In this document: positions 28,527 through 42,000 of the stretch, piece by piece
Layout of the letters: each line of letters begins with the position of its first letter
How positions within the stretch are numbered: the first letter of the stretch is position 1
The notes under the pieces: generated by a model
What the model saw: only the letters and a program-made list of their open reading frames with translations
What the model was told of the DNA's origin: nothing
Database searches by the model: none
Made by a program: the position numbers and the translations under genes
Source of the DNA: Ancylonema sp.
Taxonomy: Eukaryota
Length of the DNA stretch: 48,350 nucleotides
Direction of reading: 5' to 3'
NCBI GenBank assembly: GCA_050230475.1
Contig: JBFLGF010000168.1
Location: 1-48,350, forward strand

Positions 28527-31455
28527 ATGGCGCACACGGCGGAGAAGTCGATACCCCTCAGTGGACCTACTAATAGCCTGACCTACAATATATTGAATGA
28601 ACCCTTTAAGAATGTCCGACGACGTTACAGGCTGGAAGAAGAGATCGGTCGGGGTGAGTTCGGCATCATTTACTCCTGCACCGATGTGATCACAGGCGAG
28701 CAGTATGCCTGCAAGTCCATCAGGAAGTCTGGCCTGAAGACCAAGCTAGATGTGGAGGACGTGCAAAGGGAGGTTCAGGTCATGGAACGCTTGAAAGGAC
28801 ATCCGGCAATCATAGGAATCAAAGCTACGTTTGAAGACGAGAGGGTAAGCGATGCAGTTCACCGTTAAGTGCCGAAATTTTTTATCCAATTCTCCTGGTC
28901 ATCGGGTTTAAAAGTCAATGCACTCCTCCAAGACCATCTGAAAGTGCCTCCAGATCGTAGAAGCCAGGCGAAAGACCATGACCAACGCTTTGGTCATTCG
29001 AGTTTGCCCTTTTCATCCCAGTGTCTATGATAGCTGACGCAGTGACAGTGCTGACAATCCTCATCATGTTCGGGTTTAGGACCTGCATTTTTCTGGAAGT
29101 GTGGGATGAAGAGCATCCCATATTGACACCTTACAATGCAGACCTTAGCTCTAGAATATTGTACCAGGACCAAAAATGCAGTCAAACAACCAAAGGCGAT
29201 AGACTTGATATGTTCTTCGGAAATAAACGTTCAAAACCTGAAGCTGTTTGCTGAAGGAATCCTGGACAGGGGCGAGGGTGACAAACAGCGAGACATGGAC
29301 ATATATGTCTCAGCTCAGTGTTGCTCTCCTCCTTTCTCCCTCTCCTTGCCATGCTCCTGTTTGTGTTTACACCGATGAAGAGCGCAGGATTAACCATCAG
29401 TCACTGCATTGTTGATTCAGAGAGTAAGACTAATCATCATTCACTGCACTTTCTTTGATCCAGAGCGTCCACATCATCATGGACCTATGCAAAGGTGGCG
29501 ATCTCTTCGATCGCATCAAACAAAACACTCGATGCACAGAGAACGAGGCTGCTCAAGTCATCCAGACTGTCGGCTCTGTGGTCGCTCATTGCCACTTCAA
29601 GGTACTATGCCCCCTCCACATTTCTCTAGTCTTGACTAAGGGAGAGTCATGAGCTGCTACTTGAGCTCTCACAGTATCTCTCTTCCAACAATACAAATCA
29701 ACAAAACAATGTCTTGCAGCATCAGAATGATTACTGAACCGAATCTCGCAAAGCCTATCACTGTACGACGCCCGTATCTTGATCCTTCTACGTTCCGATA
29801 CCCAACAGCATTCCCATGCAAGCTTCTTCACCACAATGTGCTTAGCATACTTATTTCTTCCTACTTGCATATGTCTCGCTTCCTATTTGCGTGATGAGTT
29901 TCGTCAGCAGAGAAGAGATACTGGACAATGTCACAGGAGGCTTTAAGAACACCATGGCATGGTATCATCTTTTTTGCAGGGGGTGATGCATCGTGACCTT
30001 AAACCCGAGAATATTCTGATGGTGGAATCCAGTGGGCCAGAGGCGAATACGGCCATCAAAGTCGTCGATTTCGGGCTGGCAGCGTTTGTGAAATCAGGTA
30101 CGCAAATTACCACCTTTCATCTCCACACAATCCCACCCAGACCCCCCCCTACCTAGCTCAGCCCAGCCCAGCCCACCTCAGCCTAGCTCAGCATAGCCTA
30201 GCCCATATACTCCATCATAAATTGTATGCTGCTCTGCAGTCTCAACTCTGACCCCCTCCCCTCACCCTCTCCCTCACCCTCACTTCCAATCCACCCCCAC
30301 CCTAACCCTCACCCTCAACCCTCCCATCCACCCCCCACCCTCCACCCCCATCCCCACCCCCACCCCCACCCCTCCTCCCACACCCTCCACCCAGGCGAGC
30401 GCATGACAGACGTAGTAGGCACCCCTTACTACATGGCCCCCGAGGTATTCAAGGGCGAGTACAGTCAGCCCGCCGACATGTGGAGTGTAGGCGTCATCCT
30501 CTACTCTATGCTCAGCGGCATGCCACCCTTTTGGCACGAGGAGGAGGCTGGGGTGTATCGGGCCGTGACGGAAGGGAAGTATGATATCGAGAGCGGGCCG
30601 TGGACGGAGATTTCGGATGAGGCCAAGGATTTGGTGTCGAGGCTGTTGGTGGGAGAGCCGGCGCACAGACTCACTGCACTTCAATTCCTATGTGAGTGTA
30701 ATCCCGATGGCTGGGGGGGCTGGGTGGGGCTGGGGAGGCTGGGAGGGCTGGGTGGGGGAGTGTGTACGGTTTGGTGTACATTAGTGAACTTTTTATCGGT
30801 GAGATATTTAATGGGGATAGGGGAAGGCTATGCTGAGGTTGTGGACCAGATCTGGGGGGAGGGTTTGCCCTCAAAACTATAAGCTGCCAATGGTGCATTG
30901 CGTAACTTGCCCAGGGTCAGCACACGCTAGCAAGAGTTGACAAGAGGTAGCAAGAACAAGTGAGGCTTAGTCAAGGTTATCAAGGGTTCACAAAGGGTCA
31001 GCAAGGTGTAACAAAGGGTTAGCAAGAGGTTAGCAAAGGGTTAGCAAAGGGTTAACAAAGGGTTAGCAAAGGGTCACAAGTACCTGACCCCCTCCCCTGC
31101 CTAGCCCTCCCCCTAGCCAGTCCACCCCTGGATCAAGGAGCATTCCGAGCGCACCCCCCTCGAAATAATCCAGGACGCTGTAGAGCCCTCGGCCAAAAAA
31201 ATGGCCCAAAAATCATCGTCCACGGCCCCCCGCCGATCCAATTCCATGGCTCAGAGACCCACCTCCCCATCCGTTTTCGGTATAAGGAGGGATTCGGAGC
31301 AGCTGGGGTCCCCATCCCCATCCGACAGCCCCAGGTCGGTCGACTGGGCAACCCCAGCTGTGCCCTTAGGGGGGGGGGGGGGGATAACGGGGGTGGCGGG
31401 CAGGGGGGGGGGGCGGGGGGGTCGGGGGTATCGAAACCGGAAGGGGGTTCGATGA
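28527..31455 (+). CDS. CDPK/SnRK-superfamily Ser/Thr kinase lacking EF-hands (PEPKR-like), ~401 aa as read; exons 28527-28844, 29464-29601, 29980-30097, 30395-30691, 31121-31455
   Basis: [77 protein letters not shown] and HPW are all present. A Ser/Pro/Gly-rich tail follows with no calmodulin-like domain. The 3' end is uncertain because of long G homopolymers. Confidence 0.9.
30974..31078. repeat. Degenerate ~11-bp minisatellite (AGCAAAGGGTT)n in kinase intron 4
   Basis: AAGGGTTAGCAAGAGGTTAGCAAAGGGGTTAGCAAAGGGTTAACAAAGGGTTAGCAAAGGGTC. Confidence 0.75.
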
Positions 31456-34294
31456 GTAGGCAAGGAAAAGGGAGGCAGGACGGGCTGGGAGGTGGTTCAG
31501 AGGCGAGGGGTCGGGGGGGGGGGGGGGGGGAGGGGAGGCTGAGAGTGCAGACGGGGGGAGTGGGAAGAAGGGGGGTATGAGTAGTGGGGGGTTGAGAGAG
31601 GGGGCGGGTGGGGGGGCTGGGGCTGGGGCCGGGGCTGGGTACCAGATGGATAGTGGATCAGGGAGATTGCGTGGGTGGGGGGGGGAAGGGGAGGAGGGAG
31701 TCTTTGATGGGCAAGATTGGTTTGGAGTATCTCATGTTGGGATCCAAACAGAGGGGGGAGCAGCAGGCAAGGAAACGATCAGAGTCTATCAAACCACAAG
31801 GACAGGTATAGCACAGAGGGGGGAATGGGGTGATGGGATGGGAGGATGGGAGGATGGGGGGGAGGGGGGGAGGGTGGGAGAGAGGATGTGTGGGAGGGTG
31901 GGAGAAAGATGAGATGGGAAAAGAGAAAGGGGTACTGGTTGGAAGTGTAGAGGCTTCGATTCATCTATATAGGAAGAGAAATTGTTAAAGAGGCGTTCTG
32001 TGTATGTACTCACATGAGTCACTCAGGCGCTCAAAGATCAGGAGACAATCATCAAATATATACTATCATATGTATCATCATACATGGTTCATATTTCTAT
32101 ATTCTATACATTTTGATACATGTCTCATCATTTTCTTCATTCCACACATGATGAATAACAATGCAGCAGGGTCTAATGGGTCTCTAGTGGGGGGTGAGTG
32201 GGATTCTATGTCTTTGAATATTACATGTGTTATCATCATATACATGATTAAATGCATAATTCTACAATAATAATGCAGAGCATTTTGGGTGGGTGGGGTT
32301 CAGAAGGGTCAGGGGAGCAGCAGCTAACGGAGGGTGCGGCGGGATGGGAGTCGGGATGGGGGAGGAGAGGGGCTGGGTGAGGCTGGACGTACATAAGGGG
32401 CCCTGGGATGGGGGGGGGATGGGCACACGGGACCAGCCTGCCAGCCTGCCCACTCATGACTCAGCTTTCCGCCACAATGCGCTTAACAATGGATGCTAGG
32501 TGAGGGAGGGAAAGCTAAGGGGTGCTAAGGGTCAGTTGGCAGGTGGGAGATGGGATCAGGGTTTGGGTTTAGAGCTCTTATGGGGTGGTGGATGGGGGTT
32601 GGATCAGGGGGTAGAGGTATGCAGATGATACTGGGATGGGGTGGAGGGGGGGGGATGTTAGGGGGGATGGGGGGGTTGGAATGAGGTGTAAGGGTGGGAA
32701 GATGTGGAGGTAAAGAAGTCGTGATTTTTTTTTTTTGTTCTTGTAGGAAGAAAGTAAGGAGTGAATACATATATAATATATGGAGATGGAAGGTAACCGA
32801 TAGGAAGAGGGAGTACAAGTGATGCAGTAGGTCTAAGAAGAAGAAGGGGTATGAAGTATTTGAATGTAGTGAAGGGAATTAGAGGATGGTCTGACCCAAT
32901 GTTTATATTTTGTTGCAGGATTAGTTTGTGTGTGGATGGTTCTTAATTTGTAGTTCTTGCTTAATTAAAAAATTAGTTAGAGCATAGAAAGGAGCCTTCA
33001 TATTGGAAATGCGATTCGATGAACATGTCGGTTAGGCACAAACTTGTAGCTTGTTATGAGGTAGACTTTGCTTATTCTCTCATTCGTTAAATTCACATCT
33101 CGACTGTAAATAAAGATGTGAACATATTCATTTGTTACTCTTACAATGCTTGCAATCTTTTCAACTTGGGCATTGCTACAAACTGAAAGTTTTGAGATCT
33201 CTCGAATTTGCGGTGTGTCAAATCGGTGGTGCATTTACAATATGCCTGTAGTGAACTGTAGTGAGATTCAGATGAGATGGAATTTTGTAGTTAAAATGAG
33301 CACTCGATGATAGCCACAGGGGTTTGGTACATGAGGGAATGTATGCTTGTTCAAAGCCATTTTGTATGTCGAGATGCACTTGTTTCGTCCTTATATCGTC
33401 TTTCTATCCTCTTTGTATTCCTCGTGGCAAGTACGAAGTGTGCGCGACATCACAACCCACACACAGATATATAGGCATGATACAAAAACTGTTATCATGC
33501 AACAAGGTTTTGACAATTGGGCGTCTGCGCGGGCTGAATTCACTATCCAAATCATGCTTAATATTTGGGTTGAATTGTGGGCTGACATTGACCGCAAAAA
33601 AAATTAAAATCACAACAACTAAGAGCAATTAATGCAATTAGTCACCATCGAGTGATGTAGAATACAGCCTAAAATCTATGACATCCACTACATGATATTT
33701 TCTGGGATGGTTATGGGATATGGTAGGCCGAAGCATGATTCATAACAAAGAATTTGGGATTTGTGAGAGGTGCCTCAGAATATAACATTTAAAGTAATAG
33801 CACAGTTCATTCTTGTCATACGAGTTCAATCTTGCATCATTTCCATTTGCACAATGACAATTGCAACATCTTTCAGTTGGTTTCAAATAACGATAACTCA
33901 ACAATTCACCTTAAGTTTCTTGTTACTGGTACATTTGCTTCTATGTGCCCATGGGTAAAAGCGGTGATATTTCTCCTTCTAGATACATGAACTAGTGCAT
34001 GAAATCAAGAAAGAGTTGCGCCAAGCAAAACACGTCAATCACCATTGAGACCCATTCACACACACGACTAGTTAGTAAATGGGAGCATGTGTGGATACCC
34101 CATCATTAAAGTAGTGCTAGCTAGTATTGCTAGAAGGAATGTGTACAAATGAAGCATTAAAGTCGAGGACTCCGTCCTCTGTGGTAAATTGAGACTAATT
34201 TTCGAATTTCCACGAATTGAAAGCTCGATCTACCCAAACATGATTTGTAGAAAGTGCAGTAATTAATGCGAATTGCTTTGCCACTCATTTGTGC

Positions 34295-37200
34295 TCATGC
34301 TTTTGAGGCAAGACTTTGCTTTTTTGCGTACGTGTCGAACCGCTTCAGATCACTTGATATGATATTCTCCACGATAGGTGATAAACCCTACAGGGGCAAA
34401 TAGTATAAAAAGAGGGAACAAGTAGAGGTGAGTTGAGTCGTACTTTCCAAAGTGAATGTACAAAGTGAATGTACAGTCAGTAGCATACATCCAAAATTCA
34501 ATTTTTCACAAATTCGATAGAGGAAACGTTAGACATGGAAACATTGTGAAAACTTCCGCCAAATTCATTTCGAAATTCAAGACACAAAATGTAAGCGTGT
34601 GGTGCTAGAAACATGACCTTTTTTCCCACTTTTTATTGCATTTATCATTGAATTATGACGAGACAAACTCGACCCGACTCAGAAGACATTTTTGAGGACC
34701 TTGTACACACATAAATGAAATCTAACATCCATTACATCACATCATCGTATAACATCTGTGTTTATGTATATGAATATGTAAGTGAGTGAAGAAACAAGCA
34801 ACAGAGGGCGTCTTGTATCATTGTTAAGGTATCAAGAACTTCTTGACTCCTCTTCATACCCACATTTAAAACTACACTAAAACTACTTTTTGTACCATAA
34901 CATGAAGATTTCAATTTCCTCTTGTACTTACTTACTCTTGTACTTAGTCAAATACAGATTTGGGTTTGAAAGAGGGTCAAAAGGAATGACTTACCGCAGC
35001 AAATGGGGATAGCATGGAGGGGACCTCATACGAAATTGTGAGCTACGCAACCAAAAATGGAAAAGAATAAAAGAGGGTTGAGGCATTGCGATCACCGTAT
35101 GAGCAATTTTTTTAGTGAAACGTATAATTCGCGTTTTTTATCATCCGTTTGTCATTAAACGAACAATAAGAGTTGGAAATAGGCCATGTTTGTAAGTCCA
35201 CACCATGTTAAACAATGTTGAAAACGGATGGCCCGAGCTCCCCATTTTCTAGTTCATTACTACCCCTTTTCTATCCATTTCGCCCACTTTGTTGCAATTT
35301 AAATGCATTTTTGCCCATGGGCATTTATAATTTATTTTACATACATATTTTTCGCCTCTTTTCTCACCTCTACCACACAAGCATCTGCCCCTCTAGGAAA
35401 GAAACGAACAGCACCCCTGCACCAAACATAAATAAACATGAACATAAACATGATATAATATAAGCATAAAATATAAACATAAAATACGTAGATCAAAATA
35501 AAAGAACATCATCCCCACCTATAAACTATAAATTATTGCGACTCATTAACAACTACTGTCGACTTTCGAAACTTGTTGCTTAATCATAGCCAATCATCTC
35601 GATAGGAGGATGACTCTTTTATATATTGTAGAGATGCGATACCATTGGTTTGAATCTATTACCACCTTTTCACCTCTGTTCATTTTTTGCAGTCAACACA
35701 TGCCATACCCTTCTCTAGACAGCATTAAGTCTTCACCCGACTTCTTGCTTAGCCTTCACCTAATTTCCCATAACAAAACACGACTGCTTCTTGTCTTTCT
35801 TTTTATTCCTTCATTAAGACCCTTACTAGCGTTGCTTACATGATACATTATTATCATGTATTGTATCTGTTTGTCTAAAACTCAAATTTCTCCCTCTTCC
35901 TCTTGTGTTAGTGAGGACATTTCATACTTCACCCAAAAATACCCAAAAAAATGAATCGAGGGAACACATCAAAACAACATTGGGTTTTCAGCATATATTC
36001 GATACACATTTCCTCTACTTGGAGTGCAATGTATGTGATGAATTTTTATGACATTTATAACCTCTTTTCCTATTTCCTCTTTACCACTCATTTATCTATC
36101 TCACCTCAATCTTTAATCTATGATTACGAAAATAATCAAATCATCAGCTACATGTCCTTTACTTTGTCTACTTCTATTATTCACCTTGAAATTATCTATA
36201 TACTATCAATCTACTTCTAATGAATCGTTTGTTATGTCCACATGTCCTATATCTACACAATGTTTCAATTATCTATTTTTTCTTTCTTTTTTTTTTTTTT
36301 TTCTTTTTTTTTTTTCTACCATTATCTGTTATTTATTTTTTATTCACCTATTCGGAAGCCCGTCAATCGATCGCCAGTGTATTTTCTGATGGAAGGTAGG
36401 CTGCACCAAAAAACAATTATTTGGATTTTTTTTTTTTACAAATGACAAGGAAAGGTGCATTCACAAATGACGTTCTGAATGCCTCACAAAACCTCATCAT
36501 TATGTGCCTTTTGGGTATAGTCATCATTGTCGATACTCAATACCATTGCGTATCATTTATTTACGGAGGGGGGGTGATACTTTTAAAATATATCATCAAT
36601 CAATAGCAAAACTTGCATCAGATCACTTTAATGTATTAAATGGAATGAGTACTTTCCACACACGTAGAGACAACAACTGATTCAGAAATCAAGATCAAAT
36701 GGTACCTACTCATCTCACCAAACCCATATCTATCTGGACCTATACCCTTGATCTCATAACTAACTGAGTGCTGATCACACATAAAGAAAGGATTGATGAT
36801 TAGTTTGGTAAGGGAGGATTACAGTTAGGTTTCTTGACAGCCACGAGAATTCCAATTTTTGTCCAAAAGCCTCCCATCGTAGCGTCCATCGGGACAAAGT
36901 TCGATCCGCATCATCAATCTGATCACACCCACCCACGTTTTTGTGACAAATATAATGTAACGATAATGATGTATTTTTACAATGGTGGATAATATTTCGT
37001 GGATTGATCAGAAGCCGTGACGTTTTCGTACATTGTTTCGGGGTTTTTTTTTTTTTCTTTCTTCTTTTTTTCTTTTTTTCTTTTTTTCTTTTTGGTTCAG
37101 GAAATAAGAGGTAATGATTTAAATACCAAGTGTTGTTAAACGAGAAGGTGAGTCAAGATTCACAGGTGTCCCTCTCAATATTATTACATCGATGATAGTA

Positions 37201-38140
37201 TAATTTCCAATTTCAATATCAGAATTATTATTATTTGACAATAGACTAATTTTTTTTCATATCATATTCTTTGTCACGGATACTTCATGTTTTGTATGCC
37301 TGATATCAAAAATAATATATCAGTACCAACTTGACACATTTCCCAAATTCAACAATTTTCCTTTTCAAAACACCCCTCATCTGGAGAGGTGCACTATTCC
37401 CAATCCGGTCACCAATCCGATCCCAATCCGGTCCCCACACACTACAATCAGTTTGTCAACGCCAGGACCCTGTCTCCCCCAGCCCCCAGCCCCCAACCTT
37501 GACTGAAGCAATCCAGGGCATGAATTTCGGGATTTGTTCCCGGTCCTCCCATAACCGCCAGGCAGCATCGAGAGGCACGCCGACCTCCACTCTCGCTCTG
37601 CCACGTCAGCAGACACACACGTCATCATAGGTATGAAATTGGAGGGGAATTCGATCGAGTGTATCGTAGTATATGGACTGGAATTTTTTTGCATGTCGGG
37701 AGTGGCCGATAGTATCTTTGATGCGCTGTGAATTTTTGTGACACACGAGGTTGCCGCGTAGCGCAATCGTTTATAACCATGTCAATCGAGTGATTGATGA
37801 TATTTATTATTATTGTTGTCATAATTTTTGTTATTATTATTATTTTTGTTATTGATGACGCAGCATTTGTTTCTTCCGCAAATTCCTTGCGAATTGAACG
37901 AGTGACTCACTTGCTATCCAGCCACTCAGCCGTCCATCGGGGCTGCACACGTGCGACCCTCAATTTCCGTGAAGCTGCACACGAGCGGCGGAACTCCTGC
38001 CCTGAAAGACGCAAACCTGCTTTTTGGAGGGTCCGAGAGGAGTTGGATGAAATTTGTGCATAATTTACTGTGACTGTGTTTCGACCTCGCGCCACTGATG
38101 TAGGGGAAGGCCGAATTATTTGATACGATGTGGTCGCCAT
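34295..38140 (-). CDS. Plastid-targeted SRPBCC (polyketide cyclase/dehydrase, START-like) family protein, 222 aa; exons 38140-37911, 37597-37498, 36918-36823, 36400-36348, 35416-35368, 35042-34995, 34387-34295
   Basis: Ser/Thr/Arg-rich transit-like N-terminus (MATTSYQIIRPSPTSVAR..), then EWLDSKARVEVGVPLDAAWRLWEDREQIPKFMPWIASVK|..LSRWTLRWEAFGQKLEFSWLSRNLT|PTFHQKIHWRSIDGLPNR|GAVRFFPRG..|LTISYEVP..|..DLKRF. This matches the plant/cyanobacterial SRPBCC subfamily. All junctions are in phase. Confidence 0.92.
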
Positions 38141-38687
38141 ACGGAGTAAAAGGCACTCTTTTCACCAGGAAGTCTGTTGGAGTGGGAGTAGGGTTGCTCT
38201 TTGAGGCGAGTTTTACTGAATTGTATTAAAGTACTGGCGTATTAATTTAGAACTCGAATGGAGTGATAAGGCATTGCCTTCTTCTCGCCTGATGTCAATG
38301 TCTTCTACAGGCTTGGGAGATAAGCACTGCACTCAAATTCTTGCGCAGTAAGTCCGTTCGGTGCGTTGGAGCGATGCAATGGTATCAAATTACTATGGCA
38401 TCTGCATCTGCACTTGTACAGCGTGTACGTGACGGTTGTCAGACGCTCAATACTTTCCCTGCTGGATTCTGTCTGTCCGTCTCCCCAGGAAAACGGTACG
38501 TGTGAAGTGCATATCCGAAGGCTTGAGCTTGACGCGTGGCTTCCTGCTGAGCCAGCACATAACGACGTGGCAAGTCATTTTGACAGGAGAGTTCCTGGAC
38601 ATCTCTGGAACTGTAACGGGAGCCGCATCTTTGCGCCAGCATTCTCTTGCACAATCGACAGTGGCAAAACCACTGAACTCCTACTCC

Positions 38688-38718
38688 TCCAGAAGCGGCG
38701 CTATACGCCGCTTCTGGA
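38688..38718. repeat. Perfect inverted repeat (13-bp stem, 5-nt loop) between the divergent SRPBCC and DUF1350 genes
   Basis: TCCAGAAGCGGCG-CTATA-CGCCGCTTCTGGA. Confidence 0.9.
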
Positions 38719-39064
38719 TCCTCTCCTGAATCGACTGGTGCTCCCAGCCGGCCATCCCATTGTGGCGCAAACACAGGCAACAAGCATAACGGACGAACGG
38801 ACGTTCGGACGTCCGGAAGTCCGTTTATGAGAGGCTTGTGTTCTTCTCTGCTTGCAAGCCCTTCTTGCCTCTCCCGGTTTTACGTAAGACCGCCTTCTCG
38901 TTCATCGAAACCCGATCAGAGCACAAGTTCCAATGACAACCACCTTGGCACACCGATCCTCTAATATTTTCTGTTACGACAATCGTGATATGATTTCTTC
39001 CAAGCAAGTAACTTCGCATCGCGCCCCTCCTCTGATCGGCGCTATATCGCCTTCTGCGACCAAA

Positions 39065-42000
39065 ATGTCTCTCACTTCTTCACTCGTTCCACCATATAGG
39101 TCCACCTTACATCTCCACTTATCCCTCTCCAATGCTAAGAAGGCCACACACGTGCCTCGTGCATCTGCTTCCACGTTCTCCGGGCCCTCTTCAAGCACCA
39201 TCTTCCCCAGTGTGAAAGTGGGTACCTGCTTCGTTTTCCGCCCCCCACCCACCGTTGCTCTCAAGGGTGTCATCAATTTTCTCGGTGGCGCTTTCGTAGG
39301 CGCAACTCCTGATGTGGCATACAGGTACAGTGATGTCATTATGCCACTTGATCGTCTCACAGACGGCTAACAGACTTCTCCTAACATCTCCCAGAATTAA
39401 GCAGACGGTCGATGTAAGATATTGATTTTCACGTCATCGTGACACCCATGCCTTACAATTTGCCACGTACGGCATTCAAATTCACGCCAAGAAAATCCGT
39501 TCTTAATCTCATTTCGATACAAGGAACCTTCTGTATTGCGATCCGATCCGATCCGATTGTGATCCGATTTTAGCTTTCGTAACAACATCACCTTCTTCTT
39601 GACTCGCCACATCTTCACCACTTTCTCCCTTTCTGTCTCTCACCTTCGCCATTTCCACCTCTCTTTTCTGCCATTTTCGCCATATTTTGCCATTTTTCCC
39701 ATTCCTTCCATTTCCGCCACTCCCGCCTTTCTCCCCATACTGCCTCTCATTTGCGCCATTCCCGCTCCATTTGCGCCTTTTTTGCCTCCTCTTTCCCCCT
39801 CTTCCCAGAACCTTCATCGACCTGCTGACAGCTGGCGGGTACCTCGTGATCGCCACCCCCTACAACGTCACCTTCGATCACGCCACCTGTCAGTCCCTCA
39901 TCCACCTCACATTCAACGACTGCCTGCAGACCCTATACAAGGGGGGGATGCCACCTGTCGCTTATAAGGGGAGGCCAGCTGGCGCGCTCTCGGGGAATGA
40001 GATCGAGAAGCTTCCGATTTTCGGAGTGGGTCACAGGTGGGATTTTTTTTTTTTTTTTTTCAGGTCTATGGAGGTTAACACATCCTCGCCTGTTTAATTA
40101 TGAAACTTTTTAATAATTTAACGGATGATTTAATGCGGGGGGGGGGGGGGGGGGTAATAATAATAATCGAAGGGGAAATTGGTCAATTGATTGATTTGAC
40201 TTCTTTGATTCATACACTGAATATATCAAATACGGGGAAGCGAAATTGGAGAACTGGTGGTAGAGATGAGAGATGAGGGCAGAGAATAAAATAAATTAAT
40301 CTGAAGTGGGGATTGAAGTATGATGCATGTATCATACCCTGATCGAAAAGTTGGGGATGGGGATGGGGATGGGATGGGGGGGATGGGGTGGGATGGGGGG
40401 GATGGGGGGGATGGGGCGTGATGTCAGTCATGGGGCCCTCATGCATCTCCTGATCGGCAGTCTGTGCACCACTGGAAAACTGCCACAGGTACACGCCCCC
40501 ACCCTCCCACCCTCACATCCTCACATCTAATATATATTACACCACAATGTCAGTTTCAACTTCAATTTGATGTCTTGTGATTATCTTGTATTGTCTTGTA
40601 TTGTCTTGTATTTGTTTGTTCATCTTTCATCTATTTGTTTGTCTTTCATCTTTCATCTTTCATCTTTCATCTTTCATCTTTCATCTTTCATCTTTCATCT
40701 TTCATCTTTCATCTTTCATCTTTCATCTTTCATCTTTCATCTTTCATCTTTCATCTTTCATCTTTCATCTTTCATCTTTCATCTTTCATCTTTCATCTTT
40801 CATCTTTCATCTTTCATCTTTCATCTTTCATCTTTCATCTTTCATCTTTCATCTTTCATCTTTCATCTTTCATCTTTCATCTTTCATCTTTCATCTTTCA
40901 TCTTTCATCTTTCATCTTTCATCTTTCATCTTTATTTGTTTCATACATGTATCATTCATGTGTGTTTAAACGTATTGCAACATATGATATGTATCGTAAT
41001 TTGCACAAAGACTCCGAGTATTCTTACATATCTACTGTGTAGGGGTTTTGGTATTAATACGCTCATCATGTCCCCCCCCCCCCCGGTCCTTGTCCAGGCG
41101 AATGTTTTGATTTCATTTAACAACAAACCGGTAGCCGGGGCTGTTCCTTTCTTTGATCAGGTGAAATATTCTAGCTTGGGAGACTTAAAATTTGAAGTAA
41201 TGTGGTTGTAAGAAGATTCATAATGATGATATTCACCATTATAGACGATGATGATGACAACAATTATCATGATCATGATGATGATACTCATAGTAATTAT
41301 ATCATAACAATGACGGCAATAATGATGCTGAGGATGATGATGAGATAAGTTAAAAGTAGCATCATCAGAGCAACAACAGTCAGAGGAGGTTACAGAATGA
41401 TGGTAAAGATGTAAACAATAGTAACAATAATTATGATAATAATAACTATAATTATGATACTAATAATTGTAGTCAGAATTATTGTAAAAGTCAGAATTAT
41501 GGTAATTATAATAATAATAATAATATAATGATATAATATTAAGAATAAAAATGAAAATAACTAAAAGAATAATAAGAATAACACTAATGATACTAATAAT
41601 AATAATAAAAATAATAACAGTAATAATAATAAGAATCATTATTATCATAGTAATAAGCAGAACAGAGACGACAATTGAGTGATTGATAGTAAGAACAACA
41701 AAGATAGTTTGGGTGATTATTATTACCATTTTGATGGTTCTACCACACATGAAACCCACATCATGCCTCTGTATCACAATCACAATCACAATCACAATCA
41801 CAATCACAATCACAATCACAATCACAATCACAATCACAATCACAATCACAATCACAATCACAATCACACTCACAATCACAATCACAATCACAATCACAAT
41901 CACAATCACAATCACAATCACAATCACAATCACAATCACAATCACAATCACAATCACAATCACAATCACAATCACAATCACAATCACAATCACAATCACA

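Noticed and set aside
28513..28529. Possible MGCFP myristoylation N-terminus for the kinase via an acceptor at 28515
   Set aside because: No upstream ATGG|GT mini-exon found to supply the start.
30974..31078. Interstitial telomeric repeat
   Set aside because: The unit is ~11 bp (AGCAAAGGGTT), not TTTAGGG/TTAGGG.
34995..35112. Possible snRNA/ncRNA (CTCATACG..CGTATGAG stem followed by a T-run)
   Set aside because: Overlaps SRPBCC exon 6 on the minus strand and has no match to spliceosomal RNA or tRNA motifs.
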